64,000 nucleotides of DNA from Tubulanus polymorphus (Eukaryota > Animalia > Nemertea): the NCBI RefSeq assembly GCF_964204645.1, contig NC_134026.1, positions 13,576,050 through 13,640,049 of the forward strand, written 5' to 3'. Of the stretch, positions 51,983 through 64,000 are shown in pieces (the stretch's first letter is position 1; every line of letters starts with the position of its first letter). The translations under genes were made by a program, and so were the position numbers. The notes under the pieces were generated by a model. It was not told the origin of the DNA. It searched no databases and worked only from the letters and a program-made list of their open reading frames with translations.

Positions 51983-54900
51983 TTAATGTATCAATATAAA
52001 ATATTTGAGCTATTTTAATTTAGGGCTTAATTGTTTAAGAGTAAAAAAAATCATTTTCTCTCTTTTCTGGATTTGAAGTGAAGATAGGTGGCCGAATGAA
52101 ACACATGTGATTAAATCAAAATGAATGTGCTTCTACATATTTTTGATAATGCACAACAGTTTGATTTCCATCAAGTTGTTGATGAACAGAAGATTTAATT
52201 GTATAAACTTTTTTTAAATGTGCGGTCTGAGTGAAATTCCAAGTACATAACATTCGATCTATCACTACTGGACGAAATGGTACCACAGGTGATATTAGAT
52301 CGAAATACCTTTACTCTGGTGGAATATCAATTTTAAAGCAGTTCCAAGGAAAGCAGTGCTTACTGTACTATAGACTAACAGAAACAACCGTCTAGTGTAG
52401 ATAGGGATTGTATGTATCATTCAACGTCCACCCGACAATATCTGAAGCAATAGAAAAGTACCAATTTAGTTTTGGCCTAATTAAAAAACAAAGAAAATAT
52501 ATTCGATACACCGGAAACAATAAGAAATGTAACAATTCAGTTTCAGCATCATCAAAACACAAATAAAATGTATTCAATAGACCATCAGGGCTTGTCATGT
52601 CAGGATATCGAAGACCAGCCATGGAAAAACCCCATGATCCAGTTACAGTTGCTAGCAAAAAAGTGAAGACCTAAGAAAAATTTCGGCAGACCCTCATACC
52701 TGGCCAACCCATTCTCAGTCAACCCCCAAACCCAACGCAAGTCTACGACAACTATCACAATAACTTGGCCTGTCCCAAATTGATATGACAGAAACACTGA
52801 AAAAACTCACCTTTGATCCTGAAGCAGAGATTGACAACATTGAATCTGAAAAAAATGTAAATATATTACTCATTTTATAGATACATAGGCCCCTGCGCGG
52901 CTAATAGCAGATCGTCTCCAAGGTGAAATAAATTAAGGTGAAATTTGAAAACTGATAATTCTATCTCCCATCAATCTCCTCACTCCGGTAACATGAGATG
53001 CGTGGAACCATCTGCGAGCCAGTTTGCTTCTATCTTGTGAGCTAGATGGACGGACATTCTTTTTCTCAGTGTGCCTTCTTAATCTATGGACTACTTTACT
53101 AAGTGGACTTTTTTACGGAATTTATGTGCCGGATTTATTCAGAAGATTTATTCAGTGAATTTGCTTACTGGATTAAATCAATACTTGTATATATCTGATT
53201 GGATTAGATTTGGCGACTTCATTCATGGAGAATAATGAATTTGAAGACGAGTTAGTTGGCCTTGGACGCCAACACATCCCCTCCAGGGTCCTCCTCGTCT
53301 GTGGATATGAATGAATTGGTGGCTAGGGCGGTGCAAGCGGCATTCGAAGCCAGAACCGGTAACTGTCGTCAGGCGAAAGGCCGAATAAGAAGCAAAAGCT
53401 TAATGATGAAGGGGTAAAACCCCCAAAGCCTACGACGAAAGCCACAGGAAGTTGTAAAACCCCACGAAATGTCCCACTCTAAAGGGGACGATGAGACTGA
53501 CAATGAGAACAATGATCTTGAGCACATAATTCGGAAAATGAAGGACAAAACGTCCCATAGCAAAAAGGGACTGCTGGCGAGATCATAGATGATGCATCGA
53601 ATGACGAGAGTCAGAGCAGGGTGCTAGAGCCAAAGATTGTCAGGGCATTGAATAAGCGATTCACACAAAGCATGGCCAAAGAAAATGTTAAAAAAAAGGA
53701 TTATGAAGGCCGGAAAGCTGTCCTAGTCTAATCATGCCACGGGTAAATCCTGAGATATGGTTACTTATGGACAAGAACAAACGCGGGGCTGATTAATCAC
53801 TCTCTTCGATACAATCTGCCCTAATTAAGGCAGGCATCGCTGCTGGCCAGGCAGCTGATGAGATGCCCAATAGGGGTGACAGTGTGGGTATAATACAGAA
53901 GCTTTTTGATTGCATTGGACTAATAGGTCATTGCGGTCATGAACTCTCCCGCAGATGCAGAGACTTGATAAGACCGGTCTTGAAAAAGAAGTATGCTTCA
54001 AGAATTTGTGATGAATCTGTTGAAGTTTCAAGATACCTTTGAGATGGTTTGGGCAAATAGTCAAAGATGACAAGCAATCGGATGACATCAGCAGAGAAGC
54101 AAGTCAGGTGACTCGTGAACTCAGCACGAAAGGACCAGTACATGATAATAATTCAAAAAACGGGAATTGGGGCCAAAGGCCCCACCAGTAGAGAAGTCAG
54201 CAGACTCAGTACTACATTTGCCATTACAGCAACAATTATTATCAAGACCACCGTGGAGAGGCAAGTACCACCACAGATGAAAAACATGTACATGAAAGCA
54301 ACGGAAAACGACGATCAGGAGTAATGGTACGTGGAACACTAAATAGCTTTGATATAATATAATAATATAATACGATATGGGTATATTGAGATATGTGTTA
54401 CCCCTCGATGTAGAACTCCAAAACCCATAAATTTTAACAAATAAATGTCAAACTAATTGATCAAGAAATCCAGAAAATTTACCTGAAAGCAGTCATTAAA
54501 TAGTGTGGGCATGAGTCGAGGCAATTCCTGTCAAATATCTTTCTTAGACAAATGGAAGAGAAATTGATGGTCAATACCGCATAATTTTGAGCCTGTCTAA
54601 ACTGAATGAGTCTATTGCCTATTACCATTTCAAAATGGACAGTTGGGAGAACATAATTCGAATGATGCACGCCCTAACTGGTACATGGCATCAGTTGATA
54701 TCAAGGATGCGTTTAACAGTATCCCTATTTTTGAGGATGACCAGATCTTACTTAGGTTTATGTGGAAAGGACGGTTGTACGGTTACACATGTTTTGATAA
54801 CCGGCTCGCGCAATGCCCTGGAATATGGACTCAACTCATTAAACAGGCGGTAGCAGTACAAAGGCGGAACGGTGTCCTGATTGCGACATAATCCAAGGGC

Positions 54901-56231
54901 AAACCCTAGAAGAATGCAGGGTAAACATTCGACAGGTTGATGAATTGTTAGAGAAACTAGGGTTCATAACTCACCCTATTAAGTCATGGTTGCACCCGGG
55001 AACGAAGTTAAAAACTTAAGGATTTGTTCTAAACTCAGTTACAATGACGGTGTCTCACTGCACGAAAGGCAGAGAAAATCAGTCATATGTGTTAAAGCAA
55101 TTAAGATATTGAAAATGTCTATTGGATTCTTGGCAGAACTCATTGGTCCCTTGTATCTGCATTTCCGGGAGTGGAATTTGGTAAACCGCACAGTAGGCAT
55201 CTGGAGTAGAAAACCAGGGCATTGGTTAAAAGCCATGGAAACTTTGATGACTTTCTCCACTGAAGCAAAAAACTCTGATCTTCAGTGGTGGGTAGCTAAC
55301 GTTTTGACTGCTACTAGGCTGATCACCCATGGAGACCTCAAGTAACCATTTTCACAGATGCCACCAATCTAGGTTAGAGATATACATTGGCTGGAGATAA
55401 AAATCTCCAGGTGGTGGGCAATGGAATCCAGAAGGAGCCACATGCCACATTAATCACCTAGAGCTGCTGGCAGCATTCTTTGGTCTAAAAGCTGTGTGGT
55501 AACATGAAAAATACTCATGTCAGAGTGATGACAGACAGTCAAACATGCCTCAGTTGAATACGGAATATGGGCAGTGGCCACTCACTAAATCACTAAACTG
55601 TAATATAGTTGCTTGCAGGATTTGGGAGTGGGCCATAGAGAGGTATATATGGTTAAGTCTGGCTCATGTCCCTGGGTTTGAAAAGGAAATAGCTGACAAA
55701 CTCAGTCGGAAGATTCAGTCAGAGACTGAAAGGATGTTAAACCAGAATATATTTGGGGCAGTGAACAGGAATGAAATTCTATGCATTTCCTCTTTTCAGC
55801 CTAATCCCTCGTTGCTTCCTGAAAGTGTGTCAAGATCGAGCAGTTGGGATAACTGTGGCCCCTCACTGGCCAATGCAACATTGGTTTCCAATGCGATTGA
55901 AAATGTCACTTCAGCCACAATGGACGCTGAAGGGGGATGAGAGAATTTTACAAAAAACCGGAGAACCCAGAGGAAATAAACCTTCTGGTGGCAGCGGAGA
56001 GACTCAAGTTGATGGCTTGCCTTATATCAGGATTGTTACATAGCAAGGGAATAACCGGAAGATCAGCAGATACAATTCTTAAATCCTGGAGGACTAAAGG
56101 TGAATACAGGACCATCATAAATCGATGGAAAATATTTTGTGAGGCAAATAGGACGTGATACGACCTCGAGTAGGAGAGGTGTTAGATTTTCTGGTTGAAC
56201 TTTTTGGTAAAAATAATTTGGGTTACAGTTC

Positions 56232-57559
56232 CAGGGAGGAATGTCAACAGAGCTAAACTACACAGCGAACTACAACTACAAAGCAACCCCGGACAGTTTG
56301 GGGCCCTACCCCAAGAAAATTGTTTGAAATTAAAAGCGTTTTCCGAGCACTTAGAACGATCTTAAACCCATCTTAAAATCATTGTTGATGTTAGATCTAG
56401 GTGTAGATCGTAAGCACGTAACCTAGGTCATACAACGTGATGTCGCTCATTTTTCAAGGTTGGGTGGAGCATGTAAATGAACTGAATAGTGTAAACAATT
56501 ATGTGTTTTATAGTAATGCCTTAGAAAACCACACGAATCTACCTAGCTACTTTACAATACAAATAATTTTCATTACTCACATCATCATTCCATAAAACAT
56601 TTCTAACTCACATCAGCTGACTTGTATCATGTCTTTAAGCGGTATAAACATTGCTATTTGAGACCCTACAATGGGGACCCTTGAATTGAAATATGAACTT
56701 GAAGTCAACAGTCACTAGAATTAATTCTGTTATAATATGAAATAATTCTATAATAACATTCCGTAATTTGCACATAAAAAATGTTCCTCTTATAACTTAC
56801 AACTTTCCTTGTTGAACATATTGTTTAAACATGTAGATTATGGAATATCTACAGAATCATTATTTTGTAATAAAATAAAGTATTATGAAAAACTTTGTAC
56901 TTTGATTACTCAGCGTTAGCATGGCAAATATCAAAGGTACATGTGGACTTGTTTACCATCTACATTCTCCACTTCACAACAACGCATGATATCACCTAAT
57001 ATGATCTAGATTTTACACTTACGATCTAGACTTAGATCTAACATCAACCACCAATCATAAACGATCACCATATTTTGAAAAGTAATGTCAATTTCCAATG
57101 CAGCACATCCACATTTCACTAACAATCAGCATCTCAAGCAGTAGATCCAACCCCTAAACAAGTGACCATTGTGTGCTGCACACTGCACTACCACGACTGT
57201 ATTGAGTATAGACACTCGAGACACGACTCTAAGATGTTTTCTCACTATATACATACTACTAAAGGTGACTATAAATGGATGTAGCCAGATGCACTATTGT
57301 CGCAATATAAATAATCGCAACAGAAGGAATTTAGTTACATTTCAAACAAGCAGTTTAGAATAATCGCTGTGCCAAAATGAAGGTCATCCAGTCCGCGGCA
57401 CTTTAATGGCCTACCAGAACCGACAAACTTTCGACTAACCCTACCCCCCGCCACCCCCCCCCCACCCCCGGATTTTCTCAACATTTCTAGGCTTTTCAGA
57501 AAAATGACCTTAACCAGACATTAAAAAATCCGGACTGATCCGGAAAACTTTCCTCCTTG
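56232..57559. mobile_element. hAT-like MITE in the DIRS recombinase with apparent 6-bp TSD
   Basis: CAGTTC|CAGGGAGGAA ... TTCCTCCTTG|CAGTTC. Related fragment at ~48890-48999. Confidence 0.7.
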
Positions 57560-58699
57560 CAGTTCATTAATGCAGCTTGGTGGGCTTTATCTGCGATAAT
57601 AAACATTGAGGATACATCTTGTGGTCAGCATGTATTAGTAAAACAGTTCATGGATTTTTATTGAGAAACCTGCTCTACCGAGATATACAACCACCTGGGA
57701 TGTGCATACAGTTTTTAGGTTTATTGAATCATTGGATGACTCGCTGGAAGTGCTAACTAAAAATGGTTTTATCTGGGTTTTATCTTTAGTCATGTTAGCG
57801 ATAGTGTCAGGGGAAAGAGTACAAACACTCAAATCTCTCAAGGAATCCAATTGTTTCATTAATGATGGCGAACATTGTTTTTTGAGTGCAGGAAACATGA
57901 TCAGTTACTTTTGAGTTATGTTTAACCACATGTAGCTGTCAGTACGGAGACAATTGCCAGTCAAGTAATTCAAAATGGCTGACCAGTTCAGGTCTATGTG
58001 AGAAAGTCTCCTCAAAAACTCCAAAAATGTGGATATAATATGTTCTGGATTGTCCTGTAAATGGGTATGTGTATAGATTAAATCTCTCTGGAACTGTAAA
58101 CCTATGTGTATAAGCCGATCTGAAATTTACAATGATAAGAAACTTGACATTTTGATTTTTGATATTTTGGAAAGGTACTGGATGACAGCTGTCAAATTGC
58201 TCAGTCTAGACTCAAGGAATTATAGTGTCACTCTGCGCGTAAAATAACTTCATTGTGTAAACCGAATATCATTATAGTGTGTGGATTGTATGATTTGTGA
58301 TATTTGTGATTTTCTACTGGTGTATATATCATGATGGCACAATCATCAATGAAATCATTCCTATAATAAAACAAATGAGCTTTCTTCCGAAAGTGATGTT
58401 TTTGCTGCAGAATCGGAGTTGAATGAAAATAAAACCACCAACAAGACCCAGGCCAGCATCTTCTGCTAGCAAAGCCAGCGATATGTCCGATAATTTGATA
58501 AACAAGGAGTGGAGCTGTTTAAAAAATAGATTACGACAAGTATCACAAATCTGGTAGAAACACTTCTAAACTAGGGGTCCAGGGACACCATGCCCACTTG
58601 GGAAGTAGTTTCAAATGTTCCACAATCTAACAATTTCAATATTCAACACCCCTTGAACCTCACCATTATCATAGAACATGTCAGCAGCTACGATTGATT

Positions 58700-59525
58700 C
58701 TTGCCTCACAGCGCTAAGAGCGTCAGAAATTGTATATGTTAAAACTACACAAAGGCATACGGTACTTCCTACCTATGTATCATCATTATTTCAAATGTAA
58801 TAGAAACACCACAGTTCGAAACCTACGCTTCATTCTTCCATTTCAACTTCCAATAAATGTTTCTGAGAAATTTAAAAACTCTCCTCTTATAAGTCTTATA
58901 AGAGTATGGAACAATGTGGGTTCCACTATTCGTAACCTACCCAAATTTTTCGCAAACAGAGTTTATTGAAGTAGAGCAAAGCAAATAATTTCTATAATTC
59001 TACTACAAAACTTGAATCGCAGAGAGGAAGTATGTCTTAACAGGTTAAGAGTTGATTTTCTTTTAAGGGCTCAGCTGTATGATCATGATTTCCTAAACGT
59101 AAATCCATGTTGTAATTACTGTAAAGTCAGACTTGATACAACGCATTTCTTAATTAGTTGTAAGCATAACCCTCACAAAACCCTCCTCATTAAACTTGAT
59201 GAACTGTCCCAATTTTTGCCTCTCTTTCCATACCAACTAAATGTCAAATCCTATTATTCGGTGATGAAGGGCAAACATTTGAAATAGATAAGAAAATTTT
59301 AGAAATCACTGCTAAGTTTATAAAAAACAATTTACATGCCATTTAAGTATCAAAATTCAATTTTGCTTTTTTTCCTCTTTCTCTTTTGTATTCCTAGTTA
59401 AAATAAACTACTACGTATTTTTGCCTGGCTCAAATAGGATTGTATTTACAAGGCATTGCTAATAATGTACTTTATGTATCTAAGCAAACTATATATATCT
59501 AATGTGTACAATATCAAATAATAAA
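58700..59525 (+). mobile_element. 3' end of a non-LTR retrotransposon (LINE ORF2 C-terminus and 3' UTR)
   Basis: RVWNN..., LNRLRV...CNYC....DTTHFLISC Cys/His motif typical of LINE ORF2 ends, followed by an AT-rich UTR. Confidence 0.65.
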
Positions 59526-60577
59526 GGCACAATTATATCTAAAAAAAACAATTGCCAGATGGATTAAATATATCATTTTGGGTGCTGGTATCGATGTCAG
59601 TCAATTTAAAGCTCATTCTACTAGGGCAGCCTTGACATCAGCATTAAAATTGGGGGAATGCAAATCAATGACATACTCAAGAAAATTGGATGGGAAAAAC
59701 TCTACAACATTTGCAAAGTTTTATGTTAAACCAATAGTGTAAATCTTAACTAAATAACTGTATATACTTCTTTTGATGTATTCGATGGGTATTTCAAAAA
59801 CTTCTTATTGGGAGATTTTCCACGACTGATACGTTCAAATTTCATGTTACCGGAGTGAGGAGATTAATGAGCGATAGAATTTGAAAATTACACAAGACTT
59901 ACCTGTAAGTTGAAGTGGATTCAGAATTCTGTTGACTCTTGAATGAGGGTCCCAACCGTTTCTCCCAATCCCTTTTGATCCAATTCGGGAAAAATCTAGA
60001 GCGTTCATACTCGCTCGCAGAAGGTTTCACGCATCTCATATTAACCCTCCGTTCGAGATTGATGAGTTGACCGAATTCTAATTCTACTTCAACTTACAGG
60101 TAGATCTCTTGTAATTTTCAAAATATTGGAAAGGCACTAAAAGGCAGTTAAAAGAAAATCACATGCAACTAAAGAATTACGCTGGATACATAGATGTCGA
60201 TACAATGTATCTCTGTTACACAATAGCCTAGGTTAATCATGGTTTGTCAACAGAAAACAACAGTTCATGGGTGTCAATGTCGCGACTGAGTTGTTTACTT
60301 AGAGTTGTTTAGTTATATCTATTCTATAACTGTATATAAATGAAAAATATGAAATTCACTTACCCAAGAGATATCAAAATGGTGTTTTCCTTGTTCATCT
60401 AAACTGGTTATTCGAGGATTACCAGTGCGGTATAGGGGACATAGTTTCGACATAAAAATTTTGATTCGTTCACTTAAGTACAGCAACCAACAAGCATGTG
60501 AATTTCAATGCAGAACATAAAAAATGTTTTAAATTTCATGTTTTACAGGAGTTAATCAAAAACATTTCTATACTTAC

Positions 60578-60766
60578 AGCTTCCATTGAAATCAAATTTG
60601 ACGCATCATGAAAAAGATGTATGTTGATTATATCAAACTGTGTTGAATTGATAGACCATCGTGTTCTGATGAATCCTTTTCGTGACCATTTACATTCAGG
60701 GAAAAAGTCCTTAGGGAATTTTGCCTTTTCTTTCAATGACACAGATTCAATGTTTCCAGATAAAAC
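60578..60766 (-). CDS. INPP5A: INPP5A-like inositol-1,4,5-trisphosphate 5-phosphatase, internal coding exon A (189 nt, phase 0-0)
   Basis: Borders tttttgtag|GTT...GCT|gtaagt. Translates VLSGNIESVSLKEKAKFPKDFFPECKWSRKGFIRTRWSINSTQFDIINIHLFHDASNLISMEA, carrying the FPECKWSRKGF and NIHLFHDASN motifs I recognise from type I 5-phosphatase. Confidence 0.93.
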
Positions 60767-60989
60767 CTACAAAAACATTAAAAAAATTACATAACAATGA
60801 ATAACAATGAACACCAGAAGTACCAAGTCACAGTACTGCGTTTGCCAAGTCCAGGCCAAAGCCTAACAGAGCGGGTGAGATGGTTTCGGTTGATTTGCGC
60901 CATCATACACAATCGACTCACTCACCAAAGATCAGAAAATGACGCTAGTTGCTCCGCCACAAAAGTTGATTTGGGAATGTGGCCCTACA

Positions 60990-61905
60990 AATTTTAGAAG
61001 AGCTTTATGGTGAAGAAGAAGATGTCATCCAATCCGATCCCTTTTCCAAATTGTCCTTGACCACACACCACTGAAGATCCATGACGAGAGCCTTGAAACT
61101 TCCAAAGAGTTGACTTGTTTGCTGTCAACACCCTTCAATAGTCACCATTAGAATTCTGTGCCCTCCAGATCTTCCAAGTAAACACCAAGCTCTTCAATGG
61201 TCGCTACGAAACCAGTGGAGACATGTACCAGGGAGTCCTGCAGATGATTATTCCCGAGTGCTACATACCGCCAAACACCTTCTACCTGAAGCTGGTTTCA
61301 AGGACCGCAATTTCTGCATTAAGGTAAAGAAAATTGGCCAGACGGTTGTCTTCCGGTTCTCGACCTACGAACTGAAGACTAAGAATTTAAGAAAGTATGA
61401 ACATACTGGTAACGACAAAGATCCTTGGTGATGTAATCATGGTGATGGTGATGTAAGCAGGATTTACATCATGGCTTCATTATAGATGAACCATTGCCTG
61501 GATTCGTCAAGATGTTCGTCGCCAAGATGAAATCACTGGATATTAAAGCTAGTCAACTGACAGTTACCGAGATTCACATCGCCAAGATATTCATCCTGAA
61601 GTCAGCGCAACAAGAAGATTATCCTGATGAATATGCTGCACTGAAGTCCAAAAAACCCATCTTTGAAGAAAAGTCTTCTTTTACAGTTGAATCCCTCATT
61701 GGATGAAAATGGTGTTATAAGAGCTCATGGTCTTATGAAGAATGCCAACATCCCTGAAACCGCAAAGAACATGGTAATACTGGCTTAACATCCCGACGTC
61801 ACTAGACACATCATCCTCTACACCCACCAATGTCTTTGGCAAGTGGGCACAGAATACACACTGAACGAACTCAGACAAGAATACTACATTCCAAAGGCAA
61901 GATCA
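60990..61905 (+). pseudogene. Heavily deleted BEL/Pao remnant related to BEL-2
   Basis: EELYGEEEDVI (gag), ADDYSR, LTVTEIHIAKIFILKSAQQEDYPDEY, EYTLNELRQEYYIPKARS, all paralleling BEL-2. Confidence 0.75.
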
Positions 61906-62819
61906 GATTTCAACTTTGTCGAATAAATTTCAACCTTCAGCTAGACTCCTGACTCGTTGTTTTTGGTCTCTCGGTCATCTCTACGACAGGCTATGATAGT
62001 CATAGCTTGGATCATGGATACAAGCAAATGACGCGTTATGGACAATTTCTTATCAGATTATCAGTTCTATATGATACAGCATTATGGGACTATATCCATG
62101 ACAGTAGAGATACTTCAGATGTTGTTCTTTTAGAAGCGACAACCCCTACATGGCCTTCGACCATAAAAACAATGGGACTCATGCTTACATCTTCACTCAG
62201 ACAAATCGTTGTTGCGCTCAACCTACACCGTGGCGTGTGTTGTCTAATACTGACACGGGAGAACAAGGCAATATTGCCTACGAGACTGTACTTAATGTTT
62301 ATAACGTGCAGAACTCATCACAGCGCCACAGTTAACAAACTAATGCAGATAATCAGGCTCCAAAACGGATCGCCAAAGCAAATGTCCATAAATGAGTTCA
62401 ATTAATGAGAGTAAAACGAGATCCAGTCATGTTAATATCACTTTCACAAAAAATTTGATGCTATCAATTTCGCCAGATATCTTGATGCAACATAACCTTA
62501 TGCACAGGATTCTAAAATTTGATGAATCATTGAACACACTTCACACAATAAATCGATAACCACTTCAATTGTACCGCCATTTTATTTTACCCTTTCAGTA
62601 CTTGCCATACACCCATCCACTGTACAGAGCCAGAAATCGAAATTTTTGATGATTTTACTAAAACCCCTGGTATAGAGGTGCCGCAAGTGTTAAGAAAGGG
62701 GTACTGTACCTACAGAGGGCAATGCAGTGTGCAAACATTTTGGTGATAAAAAAATGTGTTTTTATACTAATCAGGTGCATCACTTAAACCTAATTAGCAT
62801 AATTTATATAGTTTTTCAG

Positions 62820-62990
62820 AACAAGAGCCCCAAGGGGCACTATGGCCAGCCAGTCAGCTTTTCATAAATATGGCAAATGATGCATTCTGTGGGTTATATT
62901 TATCAACATTCACTCCCAGCTCAGAGTCAATACCCGCTATAATTTACACAATACAATCGTGTTTTCATAAGTAGCACAGATAGCGACTGG
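62820..62990 (+). repeat. 5' end of pearl/HINE-like family 1
   Basis: AACAAGAGCCCCAAGGGGCACTATGGCCAGCC matches 25663-25790. Confidence 0.65.
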
Positions 62991-63789
62991 AGCTGGCAGG
63001 AACAAATACCTCAGATTAATCTTTCCCTTGGTCTTATCGATTTGAATGCAGAATAAAATTGAATTTTCTGAAATTTGCTCGATAAAACAAAATTGAATTG
63101 GATTTAATGTTTAATTTGCTCAATAAAGTAAAATTGAATTGGATTTGATGGGTTTTTGCAGAATAAGATATGATTGAATTTGCAGTTTGAGCACATGGCT
63201 AATTAGCATATCAAGGTCATCCATCCGATTTGAGAAAAAGCTATTTTCCCAGACTTTACATAAATGTCAATGATATTTTCTGTAGTGAAAATAAAAATAT
63301 TCCTCCAAAAAATCAAGTCAACTAAAGATTTCACAGAAATCGATCTTGAAATACAATTTTTTATCTTAAAATAAAACCCAGGAGGACGGTAGACGATATG
63401 GCTGTCGCATAAGAGTCTGTCGCGTGAATAAGTCGACCCAACTTTTTGACCTCAAAATCTAAGAATTTTTCATTTACCTCGTGTAATAGTCGACCTCAAC
63501 TTTCTGGGTGATATGAACTGCAGAAACTCTAGAACAATTCTAAAACTCGGCCCCAACCCTATGCTTTATTGATGATGAAGACAGGAAAACGATCAGCCCA
63601 GATGTTTTTGCCGTATTGTTTACATTGCTACTTGCTTGATAGATGGCAGCACCTGCTGGCACGTAATTATTGTATTGCTTTGCTTCTAGATGATGATCGT
63701 AATTTCTTTTAAAGTAAAATATTTTTAAACAAATAAACTGTAGAGAAAATTTGTGTTCAAAACAAATTGTGTCTTTTCTTCAATCGTCT

Positions 63790-64000
63790 TTAATTAAAAC
63801 TGGTGTTTAATACCACGGCCTCTAGGCTATTAACGTCATTTTCATGGCGGCCCACTGGTGGCCATTATTTGAATCAAATCGACCTGATTCTAAAAAAGAT
63901 TCAGGGCCAAGTGATACCCTACTTGTGTACCAAGTTTGAAAGCAATCGGTCAACAATTGCGGCCTCTAGGCTGTTAACGTCATTTCTCATGTCGGCCCCC
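63790..64000 (+). repeat. Tandem core units of a modular repeat running off the window
   Basis: GGCCTCTAGGCT.TTAACGTCATTT recurs at 63817 and 63961 (period ~144 bp). Confidence 0.6.

Larger units (their letters stand above)
52957..60122 (+). mobile_element. DIRS1-like tyrosine-recombinase retrotransposon (decayed, interrupted)
   Basis: Left ITR ~52957-53025, ICR ~59841-59940, right ITR ~60009-60122. gag-like (PRVNPEIW), RT (HFKMD, SVDIKDAF), RNase H (FTDA, HINHLELLA, HVPG..ADKLSR), MT-like (YAFP.F..IP, PHWP..HWF), recombinase (SGERVQTL; IARWIK...FKAHSTR...GW...TFAKFY at ~59545-59740). Confidence 0.9.

Noticed and set aside
57915-58570. Possible 5' end of a second DIRS/Ngaro-type element inside the DIRS recombinase
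   Set aside because: Composition is suggestive only; no matching terminal repeat or protein motif was found.
62007-62405. 132-aa ORF as a gene or transposon protein
   Set aside because: No motif I can recognise and no splice support. Left unassigned pending a BLAST search.

Overview
AT-rich metazoan (probably marine invertebrate) DNA lying entirely inside one minus-strand gene, a type I inositol-1,4,5-trisphosphate 5-phosphatase (INPP5A-like). Four coding exons (60766-60578, 41437-41382, 16425-16341, 1360-1190) have canonical GT-AG borders and compatible phases and splice into one open frame. The ~19, ~25 and ~15 kb introns are largely filled with nested, mostly decayed transposons. These include a Penelope-like element with a minimal hammerhead ribozyme, two BEL/Pao LTR elements, a hAT transposase relic, a two-gene PIF/Harbinger, a DIRS tyrosine-recombinase retroelement with its ITR/ICR termini, an Academ-like relic, several pearl/HINE-like modular repeats and many MITEs. 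The most unusual signal is a ~0.67 kb non-coding, TIR-less element in three highly similar copies. It is always bounded by ATCCAG on the left and TC(C/T)AG on the right and has subterminal hairpins. Removing it with one TCCAG restores the reading frame of the BEL pol gene it interrupts, which suggests sequence-specific integration (Crypton-like recombination or an HUH/rolling-circle type mechanism). All family assignments come from motif recognition by eye; no searches were run.
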